Shown one piece after another: positions 8,259 through 18,828 of a DNA stretch of 64,000 bases (positions are counted from its first letter, which is position 1; each line of letters starts with the position of its first letter). This stretch comes from an uncultured bacterium. GTDB lineage: Bacteria; Patescibacteriota; Minisyncoccia; UBA6257; 2-01-FULL-56-20. The notes under the pieces are model-generated. The model saw nothing but the letters and a program-made list of their open reading frames with translations, searched no databases and was not told the origin of the DNA. The position numbers were made by a program, and so were the translations under genes. The stretch is from NCBI GenBank assembly GCA_963705915.1, contig OY970126.1:408616-472615 (forward strand), in the 5' to 3' direction.

Positions 8259-9695
8259 CTAGCCGATCCGGGGGAAAAGAATATCTGGCTTTTTTATCTT
8301 TAACACAGGGCCTAAGGTGATCGCTCGGGAAATCTTTCGCGATGTTTCCGGCAAGAATGGCAGGAGGTTCGCTGCGACATCCACTAAAAGTGAAATCAAA
8401 TTACAAAGCGCCTGGGTGCGTTCTTCTTTGTCTTTTATCTCCCACACTTTCTTTTCGTTTATATATTTATCCCCAAACGCAATCTCCTGCCAAATTACCA
8501 CGAGCGCGTCGGGAAATTTGTAATCATGCAATTTTTGATACACGGCTTTCTTGGTTTCCGCAATGATTTTTTCGAATGACGCTTCTGGCTTCCGGGCGGC
8601 AATTTCTTCTTTTTCGGCAAGGGTAAGGACGCGTGCGGCAAAGTTGCCGAGCCCGTTCGCAAGATCGCCATTGTACCGTTCCTTCATTTTCTCTTCCGAA
8701 AAATCGCCGTCTTCGCCATAGGGAATTTCGCGCAGCAAAAAATATCTGAGCGCATCGACGCCGTAACGATCGGCGAGATCGAGCGGATCGATCGTATTGC
8801 CAAGTGATTTTGAAATTTTCGTGCCGCCCACCGTGAAGAAGCCGTTCGCAATGACCTGCCCCGGCAGGGGCAATCCTGCGGACAGGAGCATCGCCGGCCA
8901 AATGACGGCGTGAAAACGCAGGATGTCCTTGCCGACCGCATGGATATCGGCCGGATGCTCTTCCCAGCCCTCAACGCCAACTTCGGAAATATAATTCACG
9001 AGCGCATCGGCCCAAACGTAGATTACCTGGCTTGGATCGCCCGGAACCGGGATCCCCCATTCGGCACGGCCCTCTTTCTTTTCACGTGAAAAGCTCACGT
9101 CTTCGAGACCTTGTTCAACGAAAGCTTTTACCTCGTTAAAGCGGTGGGCCGGCGCAACGAAGTCGGGATTCGTTTCATACAATTTTAATAATTTTTCCTG
9201 ATACCGTGAGAGCGCAAAGAAATAATTTTCTTCCGATACGAGTTCCGGCTTTGTTTTATGTTCCGGGCACAAACCGTCTTCGGTGAGTTCGTCTTCTTTC
9301 AAGAATGCTTCGTGGCCTTTGCAGTACAAGCCTTCATATCGTCCTCTATATAAATCGCCAGCCGCTTCGAGGCGTCCCCAAATATCATGGACGGTTTCGA
9401 CGTGGCGATGTTCCGTCGTACGGATAAAATCGGTATTCGAGATGCCAAGCTTTTCCCACGTGGACTCCCAAATGCCAGCAAGCCTGTCGGTATAGGCTTG
9501 GATTTCTTCGCCGCTTTTCTTGGCGGCGTCTACTGTCTTCTGGGAATGCTCATCGACGCCCGTTGAGAACATGACGTCTTCACCACAAATAGTACGCCAT
9601 CGCGCAAGGACATCCGCGACGATCGTCGTGTACGCATGCCCGATGTGCGGCTTGTCGTTTACGTAATAGATCGGGGTCGTGATATAAAATTTCAT
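8259..9695 (-). CDS. metG: Methionyl-tRNA synthetase (short form lacking C-terminal tRNA-binding domain)
   Basis: MKFYITTPIYYVNDKPHIGHAYT (HIGH), KISKSLGN (KMSKS); start at ATG 9695 immediately after stop of upstream gene. Confidence 0.92.
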   Translation of the reverse strand: MKFYITTPIYYVNDKPHIGHAYTTIVADVLARWRTICGEDVMFSTGVDEHSQKTVDAAKKSGEEIQAYTDRLAGIWESTWEKLGISNTDFIRTTEHRHVETVHDIWGRLEAAGDLYRGRYEGLYCKGHEAFLKEDELTEDGLCPEHKTKPELVSEENYFFALSRYQEKLLKLYETNPDFVAPAHRFNEVKAFVEQGLEDVSFSREKKEGRAEWGIPVPGDPSQVIYVWADALVNYISEVGVEGWEEHPADIHAVGKDILRFHAVIWPAMLLSAGLPLPGQVIANGFFTVGGTKISKSLGNTIDPLDLADRYGVDALRYFLLREIPYGEDGDFSEEKMKERYNGDLANGLGNFAARVLTLAEKEEIAARKPEASFEKIIAETKKAVYQKLHDYKFPDALVVIWQEIAFGDKYINEKKVWEIKDKEERTQALCNLISLLVDVAANLLPFLPETSRKISRAITLGPVLKIKKPDILFPRIG

Positions 9696-9697
9696 AG

Positions 9698-10714
9698 TCA
9701 AGCTTCTGCCGTTGTCGGCCTCTTGCGCACCGACCACTCACCGATGACTTCCTGAAATACCGCAGCGGCCGGCACTGAAATGATGATGCCGAGGAGGCCG
9801 CCGACGGTTGCCCCGATGAGCAATGCACCGATGACGATCACGGGATGTAAGCCGACGCTCCGGCGTGAAAGGATTGGAACGAACACGTTTGATTCAAGTT
9901 GCTGCGCAAAGATAAAGAAGATAAGCGTCCAAAACGCGAGCGTTGTTGAGGTGAGGAGTGCGGTGACCACGGCGACGGCACCCGACAAAATCGGGCCGAC
10001 AAACGGCACAAGTTCAAAAACTGCGGCGATGATACCTATGAGAAATGCATATTTGACGCCGAGGATGGTGAGTCCTCCCCACACGAGGAATCCCATGATC
10101 AAGCTGAGCAGCACCTGCATACGGAACCATGATCCGATCCGCTTGCGCGCGCGGGCATAGATACGCATCGTTTGTTCCTCGTAGTCAGGCGGCACAACGA
10201 TCTCCAAAAATTGTTCCACGCCGTCGCGGCCGATCGTGAGATAGAACGAACTCACGATCACGGCAACCGCAAGGCCGAAGCTGCCGAGCGCGTTCGAGAA
10301 GAAGTCGAGTGGCGACGTGTTGTTCGCGAGAAATTCTGATGATAATTTTGAAATGACGCTATTCGCCGATTGCGAAGCCTTCAGATTCATCAAAATACTC
10401 AATCCCCCAAGATTGGTTTGTCCGACACCCGAAAACACATTGTTGAGTTCCACGATGAGGAGGGGCACCACGGTATAGACGAGGAGGATGACACCGAGAA
10501 GCGCGGCAAGGAATATGAGGATCACGCTCACCGTGCGGGGCAATCCGGCTCGCTCAAGGAGGTCAACCAACCCTTCGAGCCCGGATGAAATGATGATCGC
10601 CAGGAAGAGGCCGAGTAAAATCTGCCGACCCATAAAGAGGACCCAGACGACCAGAAGGAAAATGAAGATCCTCCACAGGCTCACCCACGAAATTTCGAAT
10701 CCTTTGCGATCCAT
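9698..10714 (-). CDS. AI-2E family (PerM/UPF0118) transporter
   Basis: Eight predicted TM segments and family-typical motifs (ELVPFVGPILSG...). Confidence 0.75.
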   Translation of the reverse strand: MDRKGFEISWVSLWRIFIFLLVVWVLFMGRQILLGLFLAIIISSGLEGLVDLLERAGLPRTVSVILIFLAALLGVILLVYTVVPLLIVELNNVFSGVGQTNLGGLSILMNLKASQSANSVISKLSSEFLANNTSPLDFFSNALGSFGLAVAVIVSSFYLTIGRDGVEQFLEIVVPPDYEEQTMRIYARARKRIGSWFRMQVLLSLIMGFLVWGGLTILGVKYAFLIGIIAAVFELVPFVGPILSGAVAVVTALLTSTTLAFWTLIFFIFAQQLESNVFVPILSRRSVGLHPVIVIGALLIGATVGGLLGIIISVPAAAVFQEVIGEWSVRKRPTTAEA

Positions 10715-10729
10715 ATGATGAAGAATGAT

Positions 10730-12004
10730 TTAAGGAAGTTTTAATAATTTCTGGAAGGATTTTTTATCTTTATATGGCCCGATGAGTGCAAAATTGAGAT
10801 GCTGGTTTTTAAAAATGGTTTTTGCGACCGCTTGTACCTCGGCTGCGGTCGTTTTCTTTATTCTATCGATTAAGACTTCAGGCGGCAATGTGGTCTTGGT
10901 TACGATTTCCTGGCCGCCGTAAAAGCTCGCGAGGTCGTCTGAGGTTTCGAGCCCCAAAACAAGCCCCCCGATCATATGATCTTTGGACTTCTGCAGTTCG
11001 AGGCCCGGAACCTGCTCGTCCCGCAACCGACGACACTCCTCGAGGATCGCCCGGATGACCACCTGGAGCTTGGCGTGGTCGACGCCTGCGGAAATAGCCA
11101 TAAAACCATGGTCAAGGGAGAGGTCGCTCCCCGCGCCTATATAATACGCAGCTCCGAGCTCTTCTCGTACACGCATGAAGAGGCGCGAGCTCATACCGCT
11201 GCCCAAAACGTCGGTGAGGACGCGCAGGGCGTACTTTCTTTTATCAAACGTGTTGAATGCACGGAACCCAAGGACAAGGTGCGCCTGGTCGGCTTCTTTG
11301 AAATGCACGGCAACCCGTGGCGCCGCTTGCTTCTCTTTTGTTTTCTTCTTTGCAATCACCGGGTGCCGCTTGAGCTTGCCGAAAATGTTCTTCACCTGCC
11401 TCATCACTCCTTTCTCATTAAATTTTCCCGAGATCGCAACGACCGTGCCAGGCATCACATAGCGCTTCTCTCGATACGCCATCACATCATTTCGACGGAG
11501 CCCACGAACGGTCGCTTTTGTTCCCGCAACGTCCCACCCCGCCGGTTGATCGCCGTACATGAGCGCCGAGAATATCCGGTGCGCCCGCGCCGGCAGATCA
11601 TCTTCATACATATTAATCTCCTGAATGATCACGCCGCGTTCCTTTTCAACTTCTTCCGGATTAAAAATGGGATTCAAATAAAGATCGGAGATGATGTCGA
11701 GCGTTTTTGGCAGCTTTGCAGCCTGTGCTTTCACATAGTAACCGGTGTACTCCTGATCGGTGAATGCATTGTATTGCGCGCCGAGCGCTTCGAGCTCGTG
11801 CATAATCATCCCCGGCTTCGGACGATTCACGGTTCCTTTGAACATCAAATGTTCGAGAAAATGCGAAACACCCGAAAGGCGTTTGGTTTCATATTCCGAT
11901 CCCGCCTCGACGAGTATCAAAACTGTTGCAGCCGAATTCCCCGGCTGCGGTATGAGGAGAACCCGGAGGCCATTTGCGAGGACAATTTTCTTGGGCTTTT
12001 GCAT
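10730..12004 (-). CDS. M16-family (pitrilysin/insulinase-like) zinc peptidase
   Basis: Inverted zinc-binding motif HFLEHLMFKGT (HxxEH) near N-terminus; start set at ATG 12004 (MQKPKKIVLANG...) to avoid overlap with upstream gene. Confidence 0.8.
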   Translation of the reverse strand: MQKPKKIVLANGLRVLLIPQPGNSAATVLILVEAGSEYETKRLSGVSHFLEHLMFKGTVNRPKPGMIMHELEALGAQYNAFTDQEYTGYYVKAQAAKLPKTLDIISDLYLNPIFNPEEVEKERGVIIQEINMYEDDLPARAHRIFSALMYGDQPAGWDVAGTKATVRGLRRNDVMAYREKRYVMPGTVVAISGKFNEKGVMRQVKNIFGKLKRHPVIAKKKTKEKQAAPRVAVHFKEADQAHLVLGFRAFNTFDKRKYALRVLTDVLGSGMSSRLFMRVREELGAAYYIGAGSDLSLDHGFMAISAGVDHAKLQVVIRAILEECRRLRDEQVPGLELQKSKDHMIGGLVLGLETSDDLASFYGGQEIVTKTTLPPEVLIDRIKKTTAAEVQAVAKTIFKNQHLNFALIGPYKDKKSFQKLLKLP

Positions 12005-12023
12005 GAGTGCTTTGGGGTAATGA

Positions 12024-13532
12024 TTAGCTTGTACTCGAACCATTAAGCGTCTGGATGTCGGCTGCAAAACCTTCGGCGCGCTCGACAACCGCTTCGCCAT
12101 AAGTCCAAAGATAGCTTTGCCAGTGGGAACCCGCATAGTATTTTGCCGCCGTGCAGCGTTCTTGGCTCAGCACCGCGGTATAAACCGTTTCACAGCCAGC
12201 CATCGCATCCTTCAAATAAAGTGCCGTTGCAACGAAAGCGTCGGCATTATTCCATGGCGAAGGCGGATTGTCTCCGGTCACACCGGAAATTGCCGAGGTG
12301 TAGAGCTCCCAGGTCGATGGTTCAAATTGTGCCGGACCCATCGCACCGCCGTAGGCCCCATCGGAGTTCGGACAGGAAACGAGCATGGTATCCGGATCTA
12401 AATTGAGTGACTTTGTGATAGCAAGGAAGATGGGAATGTTCGAAGGGCTCATCGCCGTCTTGTAATCGCACTGGCCGACATTCTGGCCGAGCGCCGATTC
12501 GTGATCAAGAATGGCGAGGATGAATGATGGATCAATGCCCGTTGCACTCCCGGCGAGTTTGGCATATTGATAGGCGTCACCGAACGAAAGCTGACCGCCG
12601 CCCAAGAGTTGGAAAATACGATTCCGAATTTGCGCCGCGGTCGCTTGGGTTTGCGTGAGGAGCTGTTGATATTTCGATTCTTGTCCCTGAGTCTCGGTGA
12701 GCAGCTGCGTCTTTTGCGTCTTCGTGCTTGCGATCGCCTGCTGCTGCTGAACCTGATATTGCTCCGCGGTCGAAGCCGCATCGCGCGACGCGGTGAATTC
12801 CTGTTCTTGGTTTTGCAATTGCGACTGCAAATCGGTCACCTGTTCGACTGCCACGCGCAAGTTGTCCTGCAAAAGGGTGATGTTTTGCGTATCGTCCCAA
12901 AAATCTGAAAGTTGGGGATCCTTCAAGAACATCTCGACCAAACTCGTCTGATCGGATTGGTATAAATTTTGCATCAGACTCGCGATCGAACTCTGCTTCT
13001 CTTGAATGTCTGATTGGGTCACCTGGATTTGCGATTGCGTTTGGGTAATATCGTCGTCGAGCTGTGACATCGTGAGATTGATAGCTTGGATCTGCAAATT
13101 CAAACTGGCAATCTTGTCGTTCAACTGACCGATCTGGCCGCTCAAAGATTTCCCCTGGCTTTGATAACTCGCGATTTGCCCCTGGTAGTTGTTGATCTGA
13201 CCTTCAAGCTGGTCGAGCTGCGCCTGCAACTGTTGCTGCTCGGCTGCAGTATCGGTGGTCGATGAGCCGCTCGCCAAACTCACCGAACTATCGGCGTTCG
13301 AGGTGCTCTGAGCAAGGGTGACGCCGCTCATCGTCGGGGCAAGCACCGAACCAAATATCAAAAACATGGCCGCGCCGGCAAGCACAAGCCACCATGCAGC
13401 CCGAGTGAGAGCGACAGGTATTTTTTTATGTTTCGTGAGGTTGATTCGAGAAGGAACCAGGGAAAAAGACGTCCACCCGTGCCGGCGGGTCGAGACGTCA
13501 CCGAGAACCTTGGGTTTCAAAGGCCTGTACAT
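12024..13532 (-). CDS. Membrane-anchored coiled-coil protein with C-terminal lytic-transglycosylase (SLT/lysozyme-like) domain
   Basis: N-terminal TM; long Q/L-rich coiled coil (QQQLQAQLDQLEGQINNYQGQIASYQ...); C-terminal ILDHESALGQNVG ... AMGPAQFEPSTW SLT-like catalytic region; AAAGGAAAT SD before ATG 13532. Confidence 0.6.
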   Translation of the reverse strand: MYRPLKPKVLGDVSTRRHGWTSFSLVPSRINLTKHKKIPVALTRAAWWLVLAGAAMFLIFGSVLAPTMSGVTLAQSTSNADSSVSLASGSSTTDTAAEQQQLQAQLDQLEGQINNYQGQIASYQSQGKSLSGQIGQLNDKIASLNLQIQAINLTMSQLDDDITQTQSQIQVTQSDIQEKQSSIASLMQNLYQSDQTSLVEMFLKDPQLSDFWDDTQNITLLQDNLRVAVEQVTDLQSQLQNQEQEFTASRDAASTAEQYQVQQQQAIASTKTQKTQLLTETQGQESKYQQLLTQTQATAAQIRNRIFQLLGGGQLSFGDAYQYAKLAGSATGIDPSFILAILDHESALGQNVGQCDYKTAMSPSNIPIFLAITKSLNLDPDTMLVSCPNSDGAYGGAMGPAQFEPSTWELYTSAISGVTGDNPPSPWNNADAFVATALYLKDAMAGCETVYTAVLSQERCTAAKYYAGSHWQSYLWTYGEAVVERAEGFAADIQTLNGSSTS

Positions 13533-13577
13533 AAGCTATTTCCTTTATTATAACGCAGAAATGCAGAAAAAGGATCC

Positions 13578-14255
13578 CTACGCAGCTGGCTTTTCGTCTT
13601 TTGCAGTTCCCTCCTTTGTCTTTTCAGCCTGACGTTCCGCTTTCTTTTCTTCCGTTTCCACCTTCACTGCAGAGACGTCAACAGGCTCAACCGGTACAAC
13701 CTCTTCCTCTGCACGCGGCGGTGTTGCCGTGACGACGGCCGCATTCTCCTCAATGAGAAACTTCACGCCGTGCGGATGGGGAATGTCTTTTATATGAATG
13801 CTTTGGTCGATATCCTTAAGCACACTGAGGTCAATCGTAATCTCATGAGGCATATCTCCAGGCAACGCTTCGACTTCGACTTCGAGAACGGCTTTATTGA
13901 TGACCGCTCCCTTTTCTTTCACCGCAGGCGCTTCGCCCGTAAAAACAAATGGAACTTTTGCAGAAATCTTTTCGTCCATACGAATTTGATGGAAATCGAC
14001 GTGCATAACGTCGCCCGTCAAATAATCGCGCATAACCTCGTGAATCATCGCCGATCGCTTTTCCTTTCCAACAAGCAAGGTGACAACGCTTGTCTGTCCG
14101 GCTTCTTTGAGAACCTTTGAAAAAGCTTTCGCCGGAACGGAAACGTGTATATTCGGGATGCCGTTGCCGTAGATCTCGGCAGGAATAAGACCCTCCTTCC
14201 GGAGCGCCCGCACCTTTTTACCGGTTATTTCGCGTGATATGACTGCTAAATCCAT
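13578..14255 (-). CDS. rplY: 50S ribosomal protein L25 / general stress protein Ctc
   Basis: MDLAVISREITGKKVRALRKEGLIPAEIYGNG... typical bL25; acidic/Lys-rich C-terminal tail; start at ATG 14255. Confidence 0.85.
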   Translation of the reverse strand: MDLAVISREITGKKVRALRKEGLIPAEIYGNGIPNIHVSVPAKAFSKVLKEAGQTSVVTLLVGKEKRSAMIHEVMRDYLTGDVMHVDFHQIRMDEKISAKVPFVFTGEAPAVKEKGAVINKAVLEVEVEALPGDMPHEITIDLSVLKDIDQSIHIKDIPHPHGVKFLIEENAAVVTATPPRAEEEVVPVEPVDVSAVKVETEEKKAERQAEKTKEGTAKDEKPAA

Positions 14256-14326
14256 GGGGTATATGGTAGCAAAGAATACATATACTGGCAACTGGGCTCA
14301 AATCCCGTTCTGCTATACTTAACTAC

Positions 14327-14707
14327 ATGGAAAACCAAAATCATGACGGAGCGCATCATGCGCACGCAGCGTCCTCGGGATCGCAGGTCGATAAGAAACA
14401 AGGCAACATCATCGCAGTATTTTCCTATCTTTGGATCCTCATCGTCATTCCGTTCCTCACGGAATCAAAAAACGATCCTTTTGTGAAATATCATTTGAAG
14501 CAGGGCCTCGCACTGCTCATTTTTGACTTGATCGGCTGGGCGGTGGCCATTGCCATCGGCTGGTTCCCGATCATCGGTTGGCTCATCGTTTGGCTTTGGT
14601 GGATTGTAGGCATCGTGCTCACCATCATGGGCATCATAAATGTATTGAACGGACAAGAAAAAGAATTGCCACTCATCGGACACTACGCCCGCGGATTCAA
14701 ATTTTAA
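14327..14707 (+). CDS. DUF4870-family small membrane protein
   Basis: AVFSYLWILIVIPFL...DPFVKYHLKQGLALLIFDLI typical of DUF4870; TGCTATACT extended -10 8 nt upstream. Confidence 0.55.
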   Translation: MENQNHDGAHHAHAASSGSQVDKKQGNIIAVFSYLWILIVIPFLTESKNDPFVKYHLKQGLALLIFDLIGWAVAIAIGWFPIIGWLIVWLWWIVGIVLTIMGIINVLNGQEKELPLIGHYARGFKF

Positions 14708-14712
14708 AGCGC

Positions 14713-15612
14713 CTACGCTATATCATTAAACAGCTTCAAGCGATCGGAAACGATCGCTTTGATGTTTGCAATGGAATTCGAAAGCAACTTGTAGGGCGCG
14801 ATTTCATTTGCGTTCTCGGCAAGCGATTGTTCCATGCCGCGCCGCCAGGCAAGGCGAAGCTCGCTCGAAACGTGGATAATCGTCATCCCCGTTTTTGCCG
14901 CCGCGCGGAAGTCAACGTCCGCCGTCCCTGAACCGCCATGCAACGTCATGTAATTACATCCGACGGCTTTGATGGCCGCCTTGATCTGCCCGATGAGCTC
15001 AATATCCAATTTTTTGTGCGCTTCGCCGGACACCATCTCTTTTAAAAGTCCGTGCATATTCCCGACGGCCGGCGCGAGCACGTCAACACCTGTCAATTGT
15101 GCAAATCGGACCGCTTCTTCCGGTGTGGAAAGTTTTAACGATGCTTCTGGTCGCTTATCAACGATCTCCGACGACGACCCAATATAGCCGATTTCCCCTT
15201 CAATGATCACGTTTGGGTTAATGGCCTTCAAGGTTTCGACAACTTCTCTTGTCTGCTTAATGTTTTCTTCCAACGAAAGCTGAGAGCCGTCGAAAAGCAC
15301 TTCATCAAAACCAGCTTCGGCAGCTTCTTTTGCTTTGTCGAGTGAATGGGTGTGGTCGGCGTTCAAAAAAATCGGGTAGCCGTAGGTTTCGCGCAAACTC
15401 TTTATGAGGGCGACGGCTTGCTTTACGCCGACGAATTCACGTTCGCCTTCCGAAACGCCGATGAGCACGGGCATACTTTTGCCGGTTGCGAGATCAAGCT
15501 CACGGGCAGCTTCAAAAATCGCTTTGAGCGTGGCGAGTTCAGAAATATTGAAATGACCAACGGCAACGTGATTGGCTTCGGCGTCGGCGAGAATGTCGCG
15601 TAGCGATTTCAT
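14713..15612 (-). CDS. fba: Class II fructose-bisphosphate aldolase
   Basis: VAVGHFN, LNADHTHS, MTLHGGSGT motifs; start ATG 15612 overlaps upstream stop (ATGA). Confidence 0.9.
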   Translation of the reverse strand: MKSLRDILADAEANHVAVGHFNISELATLKAIFEAARELDLATGKSMPVLIGVSEGEREFVGVKQAVALIKSLRETYGYPIFLNADHTHSLDKAKEAAEAGFDEVLFDGSQLSLEENIKQTREVVETLKAINPNVIIEGEIGYIGSSSEIVDKRPEASLKLSTPEEAVRFAQLTGVDVLAPAVGNMHGLLKEMVSGEAHKKLDIELIGQIKAAIKAVGCNYMTLHGGSGTADVDFRAAAKTGMTIIHVSSELRLAWRRGMEQSLAENANEIAPYKLLSNSIANIKAIVSDRLKLFNDIA

Positions 15613-16610
15613 ATCGACTTCGGCATATACTTTTTCGGCGCTTTTTTGAGGAGCGTTGAAAGATTGTGCTTGGTGAGAAGTCCGGTCTGTGCGCCAAAAT
15701 ATTGCACAACGTGCATCGATTCGATTGGCGCCCAACGCAACGCATCGTGTACGGGCAGACCATAGATGAGCGCACAGAGAAATCCGGTTGAGAACGCGTC
15801 GCCTGCGCCCGTGCGGGAGACGGGCGGCTTCGGATCGGGATACGGCGGCATAAAATATGCATTCACGCCGTCCGAAGCGTAGGCACCATCAGGGCCGTCG
15901 GTGATCACGACAACTTTTGGTCCGAGCTTGTGCATCGCTTTGAAAAGTTCATGGATATCCGTTCCCTCTTTTTTATGCGTCACGAGTTCGGCTTCTTCCC
16001 GGTTCACAAACACGACATACGTATGCTTATAAATTTCGCGCAACTTTTCAGCGCCGAAACGCAATTGGAACGTGCCCGGGTTGAATCCCATGCGAACGTC
16101 GGGATGCGACTTCAAATAATCGGCGACCTTCTTATGAAACGGCAGCGTGTGGTCTGCAATGGAGGAAAAATAAACCCAATCAGTCTTCTTATCGAGCAAT
16201 TTTGGCTCGTCGTAGATATACTGCTCGTGCTTGATCAAAATCGTGCGCTCCGCTTTGAACGTCAAAACAAAATGATAATTCGTCGGCTTGTTTTTATTCA
16301 CACGGACAAATTTTGTTGCTACGCCTTCCTTTCTGTATACGTCGAGAATCTGCTCGCCGTAATGGTCGCCGCCAATCGCCGTGAGCATAGCGACGTTCAA
16401 ACCGAGGCGAGCAGCACCGACGGCTACGTTTGATGCGTTGCCAACGGCGGGAATTACCTGCAATGCTTCATATGGGATTTTATCTGCAAACGACATGCAA
16501 AGCTGACATCGTTCATGGTTCAAGTCGCAGTGAACCGACGCTTCGTGGAGCGTTATAAACGCGTCGATAACAGTGTCGCCGACGCAAACGAGGTCATACG
16601 CACGCTTCAT
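15609..16610 (-). CDS. PfkB-family carbohydrate kinase (ribokinase/phosphofructokinase-B-like)
   Basis: GG motif region and C-terminal TGAGDAFSTGFL PfkB signature; translationally coupled to fba. Confidence 0.8.
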   Translation of the reverse strand: MKRAYDLVCVGDTVIDAFITLHEASVHCDLNHERCQLCMSFADKIPYEALQVIPAVGNASNVAVGAARLGLNVAMLTAIGGDHYGEQILDVYRKEGVATKFVRVNKNKPTNYHFVLTFKAERTILIKHEQYIYDEPKLLDKKTDWVYFSSIADHTLPFHKKVADYLKSHPDVRMGFNPGTFQLRFGAEKLREIYKHTYVVFVNREEAELVTHKKEGTDIHELFKAMHKLGPKVVVITDGPDGAYASDGVNAYFMPPYPDPKPPVSRTGAGDAFSTGFLCALIYGLPVHDALRWAPIESMHVVQYFGAQTGLLTKHNLSTLLKKAPKKYMPKSI

Positions 16611-16649
16611 TATTCACATTGTAGCACAGAGAACTGATGGAAGCAGAGG

Positions 16650-16952
16650 TTACGGCGTCGAACTCACCGTTGAGCTTTGTTCCGGCACAATAATAATCAT
16701 GGTCTCGCCCGGCTTCTTGTAATTGAATCGTGCGCGCAACTCTTTTTCGAGATTGAGCGGATTCGCAAGATACTGCGACTCTTCCTGGAGGCTTTGTGCG
16801 TTGGTTTGCGCTTGGGTGAGGCGCGTTTCGACATCAGCTAAGTCGGCGTTCAGCTGATGCTCCTGGATAACGAAGCCGTACACTTGGATGCCGATAAAAA
16901 CCAAAAGGATTGCAAGTAATACGGCGCCGGCAATTTTGAGCCCGTCTGGCAT
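16650..16952 (-). CDS. Septum formation initiator (FtsB/DivIC-like) protein
   Basis: Single N-terminal TM followed by coiled coil (LADVETRLTQAQTNAQSLQEESQYL), about 100 aa. Confidence 0.5.
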   Translation of the reverse strand: MPDGLKIAGAVLLAILLVFIGIQVYGFVIQEHQLNADLADVETRLTQAQTNAQSLQEESQYLANPLNLEKELRARFNYKKPGETMIIIVPEQSSTVSSTP

Positions 16953-16967
16953 GAGCTCATTATAACG

Positions 16968-18782
16968 CTATTTTTTGAGGATTTCCCGAAAGACCTCCGG
17001 CGATATATCGACGCGCGCGGTCCCCTGCAAACGCTCTTTGCCTCGCTCCTGTTTGCGCCAAAGCTTCATCTTGCGCGTGCGGTCGCCGCCGTTTTTTCCG
17101 AAGTCGCCAAGCTTCTTCTTAAGCGCCGGTATCGTTTCACGGGCAATGATCTTCCCCTGCGCCTTGGCCTGGATGGCCTGCGAAAACTGTTCCTTCGGCA
17201 GAAGCTCCTTCAAACGCTCGACCGTCTGCCGCCCTTCCCGTTCGACATCTTTTTTGGGAACGATGCGGGTGAGCGCCGGAACAACTTCTTCGACGACCAA
17301 AATTTCGAGCTTCTCAACTTCCGCTTCCCGTTCGCCGGCAAGCTCATAGGTGAACGATGCATAGCCTTGCGACGCCGATTTCAAACGGTCATCAAAATCG
17401 CGGATGAGCTCACGAAGCGGCATCTTCGCTTCGATGAGCAAATTCTCGCCAAGGTTCTTTACTTCGAAAACTTCAATGTCGAAAACGTTTTGCAAATTCA
17501 CGACGGCGCTCAAATAGTGCTGTGGCGTGAGCATTTCAAGGTTCACGATCGGCTCCCATACTTTTTCCGGTTTGTCCGGAAAATCTTGTGGCTGTTTGAT
17601 CGTAAAAATTTTTCCTTTGTCCTGGATGCGGTATGCGATCGACGGAAAGCTCGTCAAAAATTGGAGGCTGTACTCGCGTTCGAGACGGCTCGACGTAATT
17701 TCAAAATGCAGCTGCCCAAGGAAGCCGACTTTCAGGCCACGGCCTAGCGCTTCGTTCGCATCGGGCTCAAAACTGAGCGCCGCATCGTTTAATCGCAATT
17801 TTTCGAATGCACGTTTGAGGTCGTCGTATTTTGTGACGCCGTCGGGATAAAAAGAAATAAAAACGACGGGACCGGGTTCGCGATAGCCCGAAAGCGGTTC
17901 GATCTTCTGCAATTGGCGCGCGAGAGCAACCGTGTCGCCAATTTTTACGAGCGACGGCTCCTTGAGACCCGTTGCGATATAGCCGATCTCACCGTTACTG
18001 ATCTTCTCGGTTGTTTTGAGCGCCGGGGAAAAATAGCCGACTTCCTTTGGTTTGAACGTGGTGCCGCTTGCCATGAACTTCATCTCTTCAGCAACAAACG
18101 CACCGCCAAAAACGCGGACATTCGCGATGATACCCTTGTGATCATCGTAGAGGGAATCAAATATGAGCGCGCGAGCTTGGGCATCTGCTTTTTGGCCGCT
18201 TTCGCTTTTGTGATCGTGAACAGGCGGCGGGACTTTTTCGATCACCGCAGCCAGTAACGCTTTCACACCGACGCCCGTCTTTGCGGAAACACGCAGCACG
18301 CTTTCTTTTGGAACACCGAGGAGCTCCGCCGTCGCTTCGGCGATCCTATCAATCTGCGGCAATGCCAAATCGATTTTGTTTACCGCTGGAATTATGGTGA
18401 GCCCGGCTTTTTGCGCCGCACGCAAATTGGAAAGCGTCTGCGCCTGGATGCCTTTGGTCCCATCTATTAAGAGAACGGCACCCTCAACAGCGTTCAATGC
18501 GCGCGAAACTTCATACGAAAAGTCCGAATGTCCAGGCGTATCGATGAGGTTCAGAATGTATTGTTTCTTTTCACCGCTCGCATCTTCAAGCTCGTACCTC
18601 ATGCGGACCGGCGCCATTTTGATGGTAATCCCCCTCTCGCGCTCAAGGTCCAGACGATCGAGGTATTGGGGTTGCATGCTCCGCATCGGCACCGTGCCGG
18701 TCATTTCAAGCAACCGGTCGGCAAGCGTGGATTTTCCTGAATCAATATGGGCGATGATTACAAAATTCCGAATATGCTCCAT
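16968..18782 (-). CDS. lepA: Translation elongation factor 4 (LepA)
   Basis: NFVIIAHIDSGKSTLADRLL, DTPGH, NKID GTPase motifs; LepA-specific C-terminal domain. Confidence 0.93.
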   Translation of the reverse strand: MEHIRNFVIIAHIDSGKSTLADRLLEMTGTVPMRSMQPQYLDRLDLERERGITIKMAPVRMRYELEDASGEKKQYILNLIDTPGHSDFSYEVSRALNAVEGAVLLIDGTKGIQAQTLSNLRAAQKAGLTIIPAVNKIDLALPQIDRIAEATAELLGVPKESVLRVSAKTGVGVKALLAAVIEKVPPPVHDHKSESGQKADAQARALIFDSLYDDHKGIIANVRVFGGAFVAEEMKFMASGTTFKPKEVGYFSPALKTTEKISNGEIGYIATGLKEPSLVKIGDTVALARQLQKIEPLSGYREPGPVVFISFYPDGVTKYDDLKRAFEKLRLNDAALSFEPDANEALGRGLKVGFLGQLHFEITSSRLEREYSLQFLTSFPSIAYRIQDKGKIFTIKQPQDFPDKPEKVWEPIVNLEMLTPQHYLSAVVNLQNVFDIEVFEVKNLGENLLIEAKMPLRELIRDFDDRLKSASQGYASFTYELAGEREAEVEKLEILVVEEVVPALTRIVPKKDVEREGRQTVERLKELLPKEQFSQAIQAKAQGKIIARETIPALKKKLGDFGKNGGDRTRKMKLWRKQERGKERLQGTARVDISPEVFREILKK

Positions 18783-18828
18783 GCACACCAGAATACACGA
18801 AAAAACGGAAGAAATACATTAACGGCTA

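Noticed and set aside
10976-12046. 356-aa plus-strand ORF
   Set aside because: Entirely antisense to the M16 peptidase gene, which has the clear HxxEH motif; no motifs of its own.
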